Source: a virus. From it: a stretch of DNA of 64,000 nucleotides. Positions 50,088-58,435 of this stretch are shown here, one piece after another. Position 1 is the stretch's first letter; the number at the start of each line of letters is the position of its first letter. Below the pieces are notes generated by a model. It ran no database searches. It was not told where the DNA came from and was given only the letters and a program-made list of their open reading frames with translations. The translations under genes and the position numbers were made by a program. The stretch is taken from the IMG/VR virus record IMGVR_UViG_3300028394_000045, positions 87,645 through 151,644 of that record; one strand, written 5' to 3'.

Positions 50088-51449
50088 TTAGTTCTTTTCT
50101 TCCTCGTAGTAGGCAAACTGACCCCAGGGCGGAACAATGGTAGTGGTACCATGCAAAATCCATACGGTATCTGCATAGTTCTCATCACCCCAAGTGCCGC
50201 AAGGGTAGCCGTCTGTGAATACCACCAGTCGCTTGGGCTCGATCTCGTTTTCTTTGAGATAATCAAACACTGCCTCAAAAGCAGTACCGCCACCACCTTG
50301 TACTTCGTAATCGCAGATGGTATCCAAATTGTCCGAATCGTACTGCGCAGGATTGTAACACTCAGTGTCAAACGTCACAACATGGATTCGGTATGCAGGA
50401 AACGATTCCATGATACCTTGCACTTCGCTCAGGAAGTCCTTGAGCATGGTTGGGCTGATACTACCCGAAGCGTCCAGGGCCACGGCGATATCAATCATTG
50501 GATCCAGCTTCATGCCGGGCATGACCGCATCCATGTGCCAACCCTTGCGGCTGGCCCGCATCCAGGTGTAGTCACTCTTGATAGTGCTCTCCAGTTGCAT
50601 GCGCAACAGCTCACGCCAGTTCATCTTGGGCTCAGTGAGGTCTTGTATCAGACGCTTGACACCCAGTGGAATGTTGCCAGCGCCATCCACGGTAGCAGCC
50701 GCAGCCAACATGGCTTCCTTGATCTCGTCGCGGATGGCTCTGCGTTCTTCTTCGCTCAGCTTGGGACGACCTTTGCCTTTGCCTTTGCCACTGCCATCGA
50801 CTTCCTCACCATCGTCGCCACTGCCTTCACCTTCTTCATCGCCTTCGCCGTCCAAGTGCTCGTCGATCATCTTGTTGATGAGGTCGCCCAGGCTGATCTT
50901 CTTGGCGTTTTTCATCAAGTCGTCATACACTTCTTCCGAGCTCATGCCATCGTACTTGGCATCGTACAATGCAGGCACTGAAGTGATCAACTCGCCCACT
51001 TTGTGTTTGACCAAATCTGCATTCACGCAGAAGTCATTGGCGATGTTCCAGATCTGCGGATCTCGATCTCCGCGACGTCCAAAGTGATCATACACACAAT
51101 GCAATACCTCATGTCCAAACAAAAACTCAATCTCCTTGGGCTTGAGCAGTTGGATGAAGCGGGTGTTGTAATAGAAGTTCCTGCCGTCTGTTGCGGCTGT
51201 TCCACACCATTCGTCCGCGTTGACCAGTTTCAAACGAGTAGCAAGATTGCCAAAGAAACTGGCCTTGAGCAACAGACCCACACGAGCAGTGATCAGTTTC
51301 TCACGCACAATACCGTCCAGTTTGGGGTCAGTGGGCCCAATGAGATCCTTGTACTTGTCGGACTCTTTTTTGTTGTTGCTGGTACCAGCTGTTTTGGCAT
51401 GCAGAATTTGCGGATTGAAAAATTGCACGAGAACTCCTTTGTTATTCAT
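50088..51449 (-). CDS. HExxH metallopeptidase-like + vWA domain protein (DUF2201-like)
   Basis: TAATDG, HEVLH, acidic Gly linker, DASGS MIDAS, GGGT, FTDGY. The true start may be the GTG at 51428 after AAGGAG. Confidence 0.88.
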   Translation of the reverse strand: MNNKGVLVQFFNPQILHAKTAGTSNNKKESDKYKDLIGPTDPKLDGIVREKLITARVGLLLKASFFGNLATRLKLVNADEWCGTAATDGRNFYYNTRFIQLLKPKEIEFLFGHEVLHCVYDHFGRRGDRDPQIWNIANDFCVNADLVKHKVGELITSVPALYDAKYDGMSSEEVYDDLMKNAKKISLGDLINKMIDEHLDGEGDEEGEGSGDDGEEVDGSGKGKGKGRPKLSEEERRAIRDEIKEAMLAAAATVDGAGNIPLGVKRLIQDLTEPKMNWRELLRMQLESTIKSDYTWMRASRKGWHMDAVMPGMKLDPMIDIAVALDASGSISPTMLKDFLSEVQGIMESFPAYRIHVVTFDTECYNPAQYDSDNLDTICDYEVQGGGGTAFEAVFDYLKENEIEPKRLVVFTDGYPCGTWGDENYADTVWILHGTTTIVPPWGQFAYYEEEKN

Positions 51450-51455
51450 GTGTGT

Positions 51456-51484
51456 ATTATAGCACGATCAGAATTATTGGTCAA
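51456..51484 (-). promoter_or_regulatory. Sigma70 early promoter
   Basis: TTGACC-N17-TATAAT followed by ACACA. Confidence 0.8.
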
Positions 51485-51488
51485 TCTC

Positions 51489-51776
51489 TTAAAGATATTT
51501 AAGTTGAAACCAACTCTGTGTTGCATCATTGAAGAAATCCAAATGCACTTGATTTTGCCAATGCCTACGAGGTGTGATATCCTCTCCCCAAACGTTCTTG
51601 TCTATGATGATCCAGTGCTGATGAGCTCGCACAGTGAATCCCAGTTCGCGTTTCATCACCCAACTGATCATGTGGCTGGCACCATACTCTGCCAGGATCT
51701 TTTGTCGGATAGGTTCCCACAACTCTTCACTGTCAAAGATGATGAGATTGCGTTTGATCACAATGCCTTGGGTCAT
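51489..51776 (-). CDS. Small hypothetical protein (C-terminal FxLK[WYF] family)
   Basis: Ends SWFQLKYL. Confidence 0.7.
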   Translation of the reverse strand: MTQGIVIKRNLIIFDSEELWEPIRQKILAEYGASHMISWVMKRELGFTVRAHQHWIIIDKNVWGEDITPRRHWQNQVHLDFFNDATQSWFQLKYL

Positions 51777-52123
51777 GGCTCACTAGGAAACTTCAACCGG
51801 AACCAAGCAGCCTCGGGTGCATTGGCATAGATACGGTACTCTCGGAATTCGGTATGATAAGCCCAATGCGAATTTGTGGTTGTACCTTGGTTGGCCCACT
51901 GAGCTTCTGCATCTATCCTGAGCTGGAGATCTGCTTCTTGACTGCGCCCATAGATCTCGCCAAACCAACGTCGAGCATGATCAAAGTCCAGGGCACCGGT
52001 ACCAGGAGTGCAAACTCCGGTCCGTACTCCCACAGGGCCAGCCTGTTTGGAGAACTCGATCATGTACACGAATCGTTCGTGGTGCGAGTGACGCTTATCT
52101 AGTTTGGTAATCTGATATCGCAT
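51773..52123 (-). CDS. Small hypothetical protein (C-terminal FxLK[WYF] family)
   Basis: Ends AWFRLKFPSEP. Confidence 0.65.
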   Translation of the reverse strand: MRYQITKLDKRHSHHERFVYMIEFSKQAGPVGVRTGVCTPGTGALDFDHARRWFGEIYGRSQEADLQLRIDAEAQWANQGTTTNSHWAYHTEFREYRIYANAPEAAWFRLKFPSEP

Positions 52124-52125
52124 AC

Positions 52126-52148
52126 AAAAACGGGGACCGTAGTCCCCG
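52126..52148 (-). terminator. Intrinsic terminator
   Basis: CGGGGAC-TACG-GTCCCCG (cUACGg tetraloop) followed by TTTTT. Confidence 0.8.
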
Positions 52149-52155
52149 CTCCATG

Positions 52156-53247
52156 TTAGTTCTGACCTTGCAAGATATACTTGCCAAATCGCTTGTGGAA
52201 CTCGTCAAAATGCTTCATCTTGGTAGGCAAGAATGGCAAGTCGTATGTGGTAAGTGCGATACGAGCACCCATCACAGTCAGCTCAGTTTCAAAGTTAGCC
52301 ATCATGTAGCTGAGGAAGTTGTCTGCCATTTCATGGAACTTTTTCTGATCCACAATATCCTTGGCATCCTTGAGCTCGTAGCACATGGAGATGACCAAGC
52401 TGTACATGGCACTGACTTCTTTCACATTCAACTCCTTGACCTTGCCGCTCAAGATGTCTTCGGGCCGAGGCATGCGTCCAGCAACCTTGCGATGTGCCAT
52501 GAACTTCACTGCAAGACCTTCACCAACTGTGCCTGCGATCAAGTTGGTCAATGTATCGTCGTCGCTGTCTTCGTCGTCCAACAGCTGGCTCACAAAGGTC
52601 CATGAGCGCGGAGTAGCGAATGCACGGCTGGCGCTTTTGGCGTCAAAGTCATAGAGGTCTTGCTTGGCAAAGCTCAAGTAGCCCACCACGTCTTTGTGGA
52701 TGCCGTTCATCACTGCCCAATTTTGGTAGCTGGCAAAGTCCACCTTCATCTCTTGGTGGATGAAACGATTTGCCAACGGAGTGGGCATGCGATATGTCAC
52801 ACCCTTGTCGCTTTCACGATTGCCTGCGGCAACCATCACCACGTTCTTAGGCAGCGCATACTTACCAATGCGACGGTTCAAAATCAACTGATATGCTGCT
52901 GACTGCACACTGGGAGCCGCACTGTTCAGTTCGTCCAGGAACAGCACCACGATCGGGTACTGACTGGCAGTTTCTTCGTCGGGCAGTTCCACAGGAGGTG
53001 CCCAATCCATCTTACCGATGTCTTTGTTGTAGAACGGGATACCACGGATGTCAGTGGGTTCCATCTGCCCCAGTCGCAAGTCGATCATGAGACCGCCCAG
53101 TTCGTTGGTGATACCTTCTACCAACTCGCTCTTGCCAATACCGGGAGGCCCCCACAAGAACAACGGACGCTGAACTTTGAACGCCTTGAGCACACTCTTG
53201 CGAGCTTGGGTGGAAGTCACTGTACGTGCGTCTGAAACTGCTGCCAT
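52156..53247 (-). CDS. MoxR-like AAA+ ATPase
   Basis: Walker A GPPGIGKS, Walker B LFLDE, AAGN, LANRF, TPRSW. Confidence 0.9.
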   Translation of the reverse strand: MAAVSDARTVTSTQARKSVLKAFKVQRPLFLWGPPGIGKSELVEGITNELGGLMIDLRLGQMEPTDIRGIPFYNKDIGKMDWAPPVELPDEETASQYPIVVLFLDELNSAAPSVQSAAYQLILNRRIGKYALPKNVVMVAAGNRESDKGVTYRMPTPLANRFIHQEMKVDFASYQNWAVMNGIHKDVVGYLSFAKQDLYDFDAKSASRAFATPRSWTFVSQLLDDEDSDDDTLTNLIAGTVGEGLAVKFMAHRKVAGRMPRPEDILSGKVKELNVKEVSAMYSLVISMCYELKDAKDIVDQKKFHEMADNFLSYMMANFETELTVMGARIALTTYDLPFLPTKMKHFDEFHKRFGKYILQGQN

Positions 53248-53277
53248 AAAATTACCTTTCTGTGTTTGGATATGTGT

Positions 53278-53306
53278 ATTGTAGCTGAACTTGAATTTTC
53301 AGTCAA
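53278..53306 (-). promoter_or_regulatory. Sigma70 early promoter
   Basis: TTGACT-N17-TACAAT-ACACA. Confidence 0.75.
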
Positions 53307-53321
53307 CTACTTTTCTGCCTG

Positions 53322-53540
53322 TCAGCTTTTCTTATTGACGATAGAGGCTTTGAACAGCATGTTGATCAGGAATTGCAGTCCCCATGCCTGCAGCCAACCA
53401 ATCTGGTTGACCCCATCTACTGCGGGCACAAGGCATCCGTTCCACAGCATCATCACTGGCCAAGCCAATAGGAAGGCTACAAACAAGGCACCTGCGACCA
53501 GTATAACGAATGCGCCAACGGCTGATGTGATTTGATTCAT
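53322..53540 (-). CDS. Small membrane protein
   Basis: Two hydrophobic segments; GGAG SD. Confidence 0.7.
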   Translation of the reverse strand: MNQITSAVGAFVILVAGALFVAFLLAWPVMMLWNGCLVPAVDGVNQIGWLQAWGLQFLINMLFKASIVNKKS

Positions 53541-53541
53541 G

Positions 53542-53814
53542 TTATTCTCCAGTGTAAAGTTCGTAGATGGCTTGGGCAGCCACAGGATCCAGTCGGGCCA
53601 ATTCAGTTGCAGCCGCGGTCAGCTCTTTGTGGCGGCGAACAATTTCTGCACGGCTTAGTTCGCCGTCGCAAGTCAAGTTCTCTGGGCTGAGGTCTGCATC
53701 CAGACTCTGTGCCACACGCTGGCGACCTTGGGCAGTCTCAAGTTCAAACTGCTCACCGCGGAAGATAGCGTTCCACTTGTTCTTGCGATTAACGTATGCT
53801 TGTAATACTGTCAT
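53542..53814 (-). CDS. Hypothetical protein (DLSPENLTCDGE motif)
   Basis: AGGAG SD; 90 aa. Confidence 0.75.
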   Translation of the reverse strand: MTVLQAYVNRKNKWNAIFRGEQFELETAQGRQRVAQSLDADLSPENLTCDGELSRAEIVRRHKELTAAATELARLDPVAAQAIYELYTGE

Positions 53815-53927
53815 CTCTGCTCCTGGTTAAAAAGATTGGCTGGGCTTGGCCCATTTAATGCTCCTTGCTTGACTTTTTGCTTTCGCGTGTCTCGCTTTTT
53901 GGAGCAACCTTATTTGTCTATGTGTGT

Positions 53928-53956
53928 ATTATAGCATTTTGGCTATTTCTGGTCAA
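53928..53956 (-). promoter_or_regulatory. Sigma70 early promoter
   Basis: TTGACC-N17-TATAAT-ACACA. Confidence 0.8.
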
Positions 53957-53961
53957 CCGCT

Positions 53962-54234
53962 TTATGCGGCTTCCAACATGTTAGCAGGCACATTCCAACG
54001 AGCAGTGGGCGTCTTGATCAGCACAAACTTCAGTTTGACCTTTTCCACTTCGCCAACATAAGTCATGCCGTTTTTGTTGCTGGTGAATTTTACACGGTCG
54101 CCCACAGAGAAACTGCGGAGTTTGGTCTTGGTCAGTTGGCTGCGGGCGTATTTCACAGCATCGATTATGGAACTCAGTTGGTCGTTAGTAAACGAACCAG
54201 TGATGATCGCGGTGTTGATTGCTTTGATATCCAC
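53962..54234 (-). CDS. Small protein with SH3/KOW-like C-terminal beta barrel
   Basis: AAGGAG SD and GTG start; FSVGDRVKF...GEVEKV...WNVP. Confidence 0.7.
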   Translation of the reverse strand: MDIKAINTAIITGSFTNDQLSSIIDAVKYARSQLTKTKLRSFSVGDRVKFTSNKNGMTYVGEVEKVKLKFVLIKTPTARWNVPANMLEAA

Positions 54235-54264
54235 TTAGAACTCCTTTTTGCTGAACATGTGTGT

Positions 54265-54293
54265 ATTATAGCATTTCGGGCATTACTGGTCTA
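54265..54293 (-). promoter_or_regulatory. Sigma70 early promoter
   Basis: TAGACC-N17-TATAAT-ACACA. Confidence 0.7.
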
Positions 54294-54328
54294 CCGATTT
54301 TTCACAAGAAAAGTTGTTTTTTTGCCAC

Positions 54329-54356
54329 AAAAAAACGCAACCTGAGTTGCGTTTTT
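54329..54356. terminator. Bidirectional terminator-like hairpin
   Basis: AAAAACGCAAC-CTGA-GTTGCGTTTTT. Confidence 0.65.
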
Positions 54357-54383
54357 CTTAAAGTTTCCATAAGTATCTGTAAC

Positions 54384-54686
54384 ATGAAATACACATTTGC
54401 CATATTATTTTGCCTGATAACATCTGTTGCTCACGCCCAACTGCGCGAATATGAGCGTAGATTCAACTGCGGCGAAACTCAATTTGTGATGACAGTATTG
54501 ACCAAAACTGCACAAGAAAATCCCGTATGGGTTGGAACCGATTCAGAAACTGGTACTCAAACCGCCGTATTGGTCAATACCAAGACCTTGACCTGGACCG
54601 TGGTTCAATATGATCACAAGATGGCCTGTGTATTACAGAGTGGCGAAGGGTTCCGTATCCTTACTGATGTGTTTAAAGATCAGTAA
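54384..54686 (+). CDS. Small secreted/periplasmic protein
   Basis: Signal peptide MKYTFAILFCLITSVAHA; two further Cys; TAAGTA motif 8 nt upstream. Confidence 0.7.
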   Translation: MKYTFAILFCLITSVAHAQLREYERRFNCGETQFVMTVLTKTAQENPVWVGTDSETGTQTAVLVNTKTLTWTVVQYDHKMACVLQSGEGFRILTDVFKDQ

Positions 54687-55113
54687 ACGGGTGTAACAAC
54701 CAACCTTGCCCGGTGACTCGATGACGCCATTGATAAAATGGGTTTTCTATTTCAATCTTCCATTCACCGTTGAACCCAAGATACGAAGTGGGATCCGTTA
54801 GGCCATGATCATTGGTATAATGAGCCAAATGCGTCCATGCAGGGATGATATCAAATCCATCAATTGATATGTTGTTCAACACGATAGCAGTTTCTGAATC
54901 GGACCTGTAGATTTTATTTTTTAATGTTACTGCTATTGAAAGTACAGACAGCAATGGCAGTTTGGTTGATATGTCTAGAGTGCCGGAAAGTGGTCCTTGA
55001 TACATCAAATTTTGATTTACCCAGATTTCCGTATCAGGGCACCCGACTGGGGTTATGCCTATTGTGAGATCCAACTGCGGATCAGTAGCCAGCAGAGCTA
55101 AAAAGTTCTTCAT
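54673..55113 (-). CDS. Hypothetical protein, partner of the radical SAM gene
   Basis: Likely start MKNFLALL (55113); SYLGFNGEW...PFYQW motif. Confidence 0.65.
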   Translation of the reverse strand: MKNFLALLATDPQLDLTIGITPVGCPDTEIWVNQNLMYQGPLSGTLDISTKLPLLSVLSIAVTLKNKIYRSDSETAIVLNNISIDGFDIIPAWTHLAHYTNDHGLTDPTSYLGFNGEWKIEIENPFYQWRHRVTGQGWLLHPFTDL

Positions 55114-56359
55114 ATTCAGGAAGATAGTCCAACACACAATTGCCGCGAGACTGATCTAGTTTTTTTAGATATCTCATCATGTTGGGTAGAAGGTGTGTCT
55201 CGTCAGGCGAGTTGTTGAGATAGTTTACATAACTGGTTAGATCTTGTAATACACTTTGTTGTGTTTGATTAGGATCTCGATGATTGATAACCTGCGTTGG
55301 ATTGATGTCTTGTTGTTGTATCCATTGCGTCAGCTGATCACTGATTGTCTGGCGCACTTGGGTGGGCAATACAGACATGCGCAGCATGTGGGGTTCTTCT
55401 AAAAAATTACAACTTTCTACGCCTATCTGATTGATCAATGCAAACTTGTAGATGCTCAACAGTTCGCCAGCAGTCAATGCGGTGGGAGTGGTGCGAAGTG
55501 TAGATACCCATCCTTGTGTGCGACCTAGTTCAATCCAACGGTGCATGGTCTCCGTCACAGATTGTATATTGCTAGGATATCTCACATAGTCATTGACTCG
55601 AGTCATTGATTCTATACTCATGCCTAGATGTACTTGTTTGAACTCGCACAGCAGTTGATTTATTTCTGAATCCCACACCGTAAGATTGGTAGTGAGTCCT
55701 AATGTAATTTTATCTCGGAAATCTTGTTTGACAAGAGCTTGTAGTATTCGTTTAAATCCCGGAGTGATCAGGGTCTCGCCGCCAATAAAATGCAAGTATG
55801 CCAGTCCTGTGGTTCTCTTCAGCAGATCAATGAATACATCAACCTTGCTTGGATCCTCTACCCAGTTAGCAGGCGGTAGTCGTTCAATGAATCCTATGCG
55901 ATGAAACTCAGCTGCCAGCCTAGAACTGGATTCAGGCACACACATCACACACGCACTATTGCAATGATTACCTAGATCGATTTGCCAATCCAATGGACGA
56001 AGATCTGTGTGGCCATGCGGTAATGATTTTTCAAACTCAGATGCAAATGTACTGCTCAAACAGCTCTTGTCAAAATTTGTTAGGGTAATTCCAGTTTTTA
56101 ACAACTGCTTCTGCCGCCCACTTACCTTGCTATACTTTTCCATCTCATGACATTCATTGCACTCTGCTAGTGATTCTCCGGACAACATAGCAGCTCTAAC
56201 AGGAGCCATATGTTGTTGGAAAAAAGTCAATGGATGGACGTCACCGATCGTCGGAGTGAGCTGACCTGTATTGCTCCACCGGCAGAACTTCATCTGTCCG
56301 GTGGAGGCTATTTTCATGTGTATCCATGGACTGGAACAAAATGTTTGTTCTAGAGACAT
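55082..56359 (-). CDS. Radical SAM protein #6 with N-terminal Cys-rich domain
   Basis: CNSACVMC, IGGET, TTNL; FCSSPW..FC..CNEC. Confidence 0.9.
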   Translation of the reverse strand: MSLEQTFCSSPWIHMKIASTGQMKFCRWSNTGQLTPTIGDVHPLTFFQQHMAPVRAAMLSGESLAECNECHEMEKYSKVSGRQKQLLKTGITLTNFDKSCLSSTFASEFEKSLPHGHTDLRPLDWQIDLGNHCNSACVMCVPESSSRLAAEFHRIGFIERLPPANWVEDPSKVDVFIDLLKRTTGLAYLHFIGGETLITPGFKRILQALVKQDFRDKITLGLTTNLTVWDSEINQLLCEFKQVHLGMSIESMTRVNDYVRYPSNIQSVTETMHRWIELGRTQGWVSTLRTTPTALTAGELLSIYKFALINQIGVESCNFLEEPHMLRMSVLPTQVRQTISDQLTQWIQQQDINPTQVINHRDPNQTQQSVLQDLTSYVNYLNNSPDETHLLPNMMRYLKKLDQSRGNCVLDYLPEYEELFSSAGY

Positions 56360-56361
56360 GT

Positions 56362-56952
56362 TTACATTGTGGGACCATTGCCGTTGCGGAATCCAATGGT
56401 CCCACCTTCGGATGTGATCCTCTTGATCACATCCTCAAACAAGATGGGAGCAAAGTCTGTGTGCTCCACGCATACACAATGATACCGCGGATCAACAACC
56501 TTGTTCACAAACTCGCCAGCAGCTGGTCCTGCTTTCATCACTCTGTTGTCATGCAAGTGACCGTGGATGTTCACTCCAAAACGTCCCAATGATTCTTCAT
56601 GGATAGGGATGTGGCTCAAGATCATTCCGTTCATCACATGGTATGCCCTCAACTCGCGGAAATACTTGCGATATTCGTCATCAGGGAAGATGTCGTGGTT
56701 GCCGCGGATCAACACCTTGTCGCCGTTCAAACGAGCCATGATGGCCAAACTCTTGCGGTTGATCACCACATCACCCAAGTGATATACCTTGTCCGTGGGC
56801 TTGACTCTTTCGTTCCAGGCCTTGACCATGGCTTCGTCCATTTCCTCAGGTGTGTCGTAGGGACGCAACTTGGTCACACCATCTGACCGCGTGAAGTGAC
56901 ACATGCCTTTGTGGCCAAAATGTGTGTCTGATACTAAAAATACTGCTGGCAT
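56362..56952 (-). CDS. Calcineurin-like metallophosphoesterase
   Basis: SDTHFGH, HLGD, GNHD, HGHLH; start MPAVFL (56952, TAATG overlap). Confidence 0.92.
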   Translation of the reverse strand: MPAVFLVSDTHFGHKGMCHFTRSDGVTKLRPYDTPEEMDEAMVKAWNERVKPTDKVYHLGDVVINRKSLAIMARLNGDKVLIRGNHDIFPDDEYRKYFRELRAYHVMNGMILSHIPIHEESLGRFGVNIHGHLHDNRVMKAGPAAGEFVNKVVDPRYHCVCVEHTDFAPILFEDVIKRITSEGGTIGFRNGNGPTM

Positions 56953-57419
56953 TATACTCTCCAAATTTCTTCAAAACCTTCTTCCAAGGTGGGTTCTTCC
57001 CAGTTATCAATCATACTCCGCATCACATGCTCAGGAATTATTTTTCCAGAATCGTATCGGTTGGCCAATCTACGAGCCAGTTCGTCTAGCGCAGGTGTGG
57101 CAAACACCACAGCGATATGTTCATAGTCAGGCAGCATGCGGAACTTACGACTACGACTCGCCGCAGTGGTGCTGGTCTGGTCCCAGATGATATCTTTGCC
57201 TGCGGACTTTGCTATTTCAACTTCTGCTATCATTATTCGAATAGCCGATGGCATAAAATCTACAAACACTTCGCTATAGGTCTTGCCCACCAGCTTGGCA
57301 TGCGTATTCACATGTTTATCTGTGCCAATGTATGCACAGTCCTTGACCCACTCTTGTTTGGATATCCAGGTACTTTTACCCGCACCTGGCACTCCAACCA
57401 ATTGATAACACTTTGGCAT
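56952..57419 (-). CDS. P-loop kinase (polynucleotide kinase-like)
   Basis: GVPGAGKST, IIWDQTS, R.A.R lid, P..EEGF. Confidence 0.85.
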   Translation of the reverse strand: MPKCYQLVGVPGAGKSTWISKQEWVKDCAYIGTDKHVNTHAKLVGKTYSEVFVDFMPSAIRIMIAEVEIAKSAGKDIIWDQTSTTAASRSRKFRMLPDYEHIAVVFATPALDELARRLANRYDSGKIIPEHVMRSMIDNWEEPTLEEGFEEIWRV

Positions 57420-57647
57420 TTATTTCCTTGTCTTTCCAATTCGGCTAGCCTTGTTCCAGGTGTAGGCTACTCCATCAGGAGTCTTGCCATCTACCACACT
57501 ATCCACACCAAACAAGCCAACAAATTCCATGCCGTCAGGACCACGAATAGTCACAAACTGGTCAAACGCCTTTGCTGTGGCCATCGCGCTGTTCAACGAC
57601 GAACAGGTAGCAAGGGGAAACCCCTCTTTTGTTATTACTTTATACAT
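57420..57647 (-). CDS. Hypothetical protein
   Basis: Likely start MYKVIT (57647), directly after a promoter. Confidence 0.65.
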   Translation of the reverse strand: MYKVITKEGFPLATCSSLNSAMATAKAFDQFVTIRGPDGMEFVGLFGVDSVVDGKTPDGVAYTWNKASRIGKTRK

Positions 57648-57653
57648 AGCTCT

Positions 57654-57683
57654 ATTATATAGCATAGAGCTATTTTTGGTCAA
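57654..57683 (-). promoter_or_regulatory. Sigma70 promoter overlapped by an inverted repeat
   Basis: TTGACC-N18-TATAAT; ATAGCTCTAT/ATAGAGCTAT inverted repeat at 57646-57673. Confidence 0.65.
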
Positions 57684-57690
57684 CCAAATT

Positions 57691-57954
57691 TCAGTAGTGT
57701 TTGGATCGTCGACGTGGTGCAATATCTTGCTGTTTGTACAGATAGTCACGGGTGACTTTGCCTGCTTCGATTTCCAGCAATGCTGTCACAGCAGGGCCAA
57801 ATCGAGTAGGTACTAGCGGTGCATCGCCGCGCATGAGTTCTCGCATGCGGCGCGAAGCCACTAGCACTAGGTCATATCGGCTGGTAAGGCCACCGATTGC
57901 GGCCACTGCATCTTGGCTGGTAAGTCCGGCGGTACGTTCAGATAGTGGGTTCAT
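57691..57954 (-). CDS. rpoZ: RNA polymerase omega subunit-like protein
   Basis: SRYDLVLVASRRMREL..G..PLV...PAVTALLEIEAGKV matches the RpoZ conserved regions. Confidence 0.85.
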   Translation of the reverse strand: MNPLSERTAGLTSQDAVAAIGGLTSRYDLVLVASRRMRELMRGDAPLVPTRFGPAVTALLEIEAGKVTRDYLYKQQDIAPRRRSKHY

Positions 57955-58247
57955 TCATCTTCCTTTGTGGTTAATCCGTTGCTGCGTTTATCTCTAGGTT
58001 CGTCTACATTCTGATCGAACCTCTTTTGTTGTATAGGTGGCTCTCCTAAAACTTTTGCACTGGAGCACAGCAAACATTTTGGATTGCCACAATCCATGGC
58101 GTGCTGCTTGACCAGGCGATGCGGCTGAGTGATATTCTTGTCTGTGGATGAGGTATGGGATTTGGCAATTTTTAATTGCTTGTTGATAGCGTTTTCGTCT
58201 TTGAGCAGACGTCGGCTGTGATTGAATCGGTCTTGTTCTGTGCTCAT
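57951..58247 (-). CDS. Hypothetical protein with CxxxxCxxC motif
   Basis: HAMDCGNPKCLLC; likely start MSTEQD (58247). Confidence 0.7.
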   Translation of the reverse strand: MSTEQDRFNHSRRLLKDENAINKQLKIAKSHTSSTDKNITQPHRLVKQHAMDCGNPKCLLCSSAKVLGEPPIQQKRFDQNVDEPRDKRSNGLTTKEDE

Positions 58248-58253
58248 GCTGCT

Positions 58254-58282
58254 ATTATATAGCATATTTCTTTTGCTGTCAA
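58254..58282 (-). promoter_or_regulatory. Sigma70 promoter
   Basis: TTGACA-N17/18-TATAAT abutting the tRNA-Arg CCA end. Confidence 0.65.
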
Positions 58283-58357
58283 TGGTCTCGCTGCCCGGGA
58301 TTGAACCAGGATTTGAGTCTTAGGAGGACCCCGTTCTATCCATTGAACTACAGCGAG
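58283..58357 (-). tRNA. tRNA-Arg(CCT)
   Basis: Cloverleaf: acceptor CTCGCTG/CAGCGAG, anticodon arm GGGTC-CTCCTAA-GACTC, TTCAATC loop, encoded CCA. Confidence 0.92.
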
Positions 58358-58359
58358 AT

Positions 58360-58434
58360 TGGCCGGCCCTGAGAGGATCGAACTCCCACCTCCGGGTTCG
58401 AAGCCCGGAATGATATCCATTTCACCAAAGGCCG
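58360..58434 (-). tRNA. tRNA-Arg(TCG)
   Basis: Acceptor CGGCCTT/AGGGCCG, CCGGG-CTTCGAA-CCCGG, TTCGATC, CCA. Confidence 0.92.
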
Positions 58435-58435
58435 C

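Noticed and set aside
50004-50981. 325-aa + strand ORF
   Set aside because: Antisense shadow of the GC-rich vWA-metallopeptidase gene; no motifs, and it runs through a terminator.
53789-53925. Leader with TGCTCC/GGAGCA pairing and a possible 21-aa ORF (MGQAQPIFL...) after AAGGAG
   Set aside because: Only a short stem and a tiny out-of-frame ORF overlapping the next gene; too weak without homologues.
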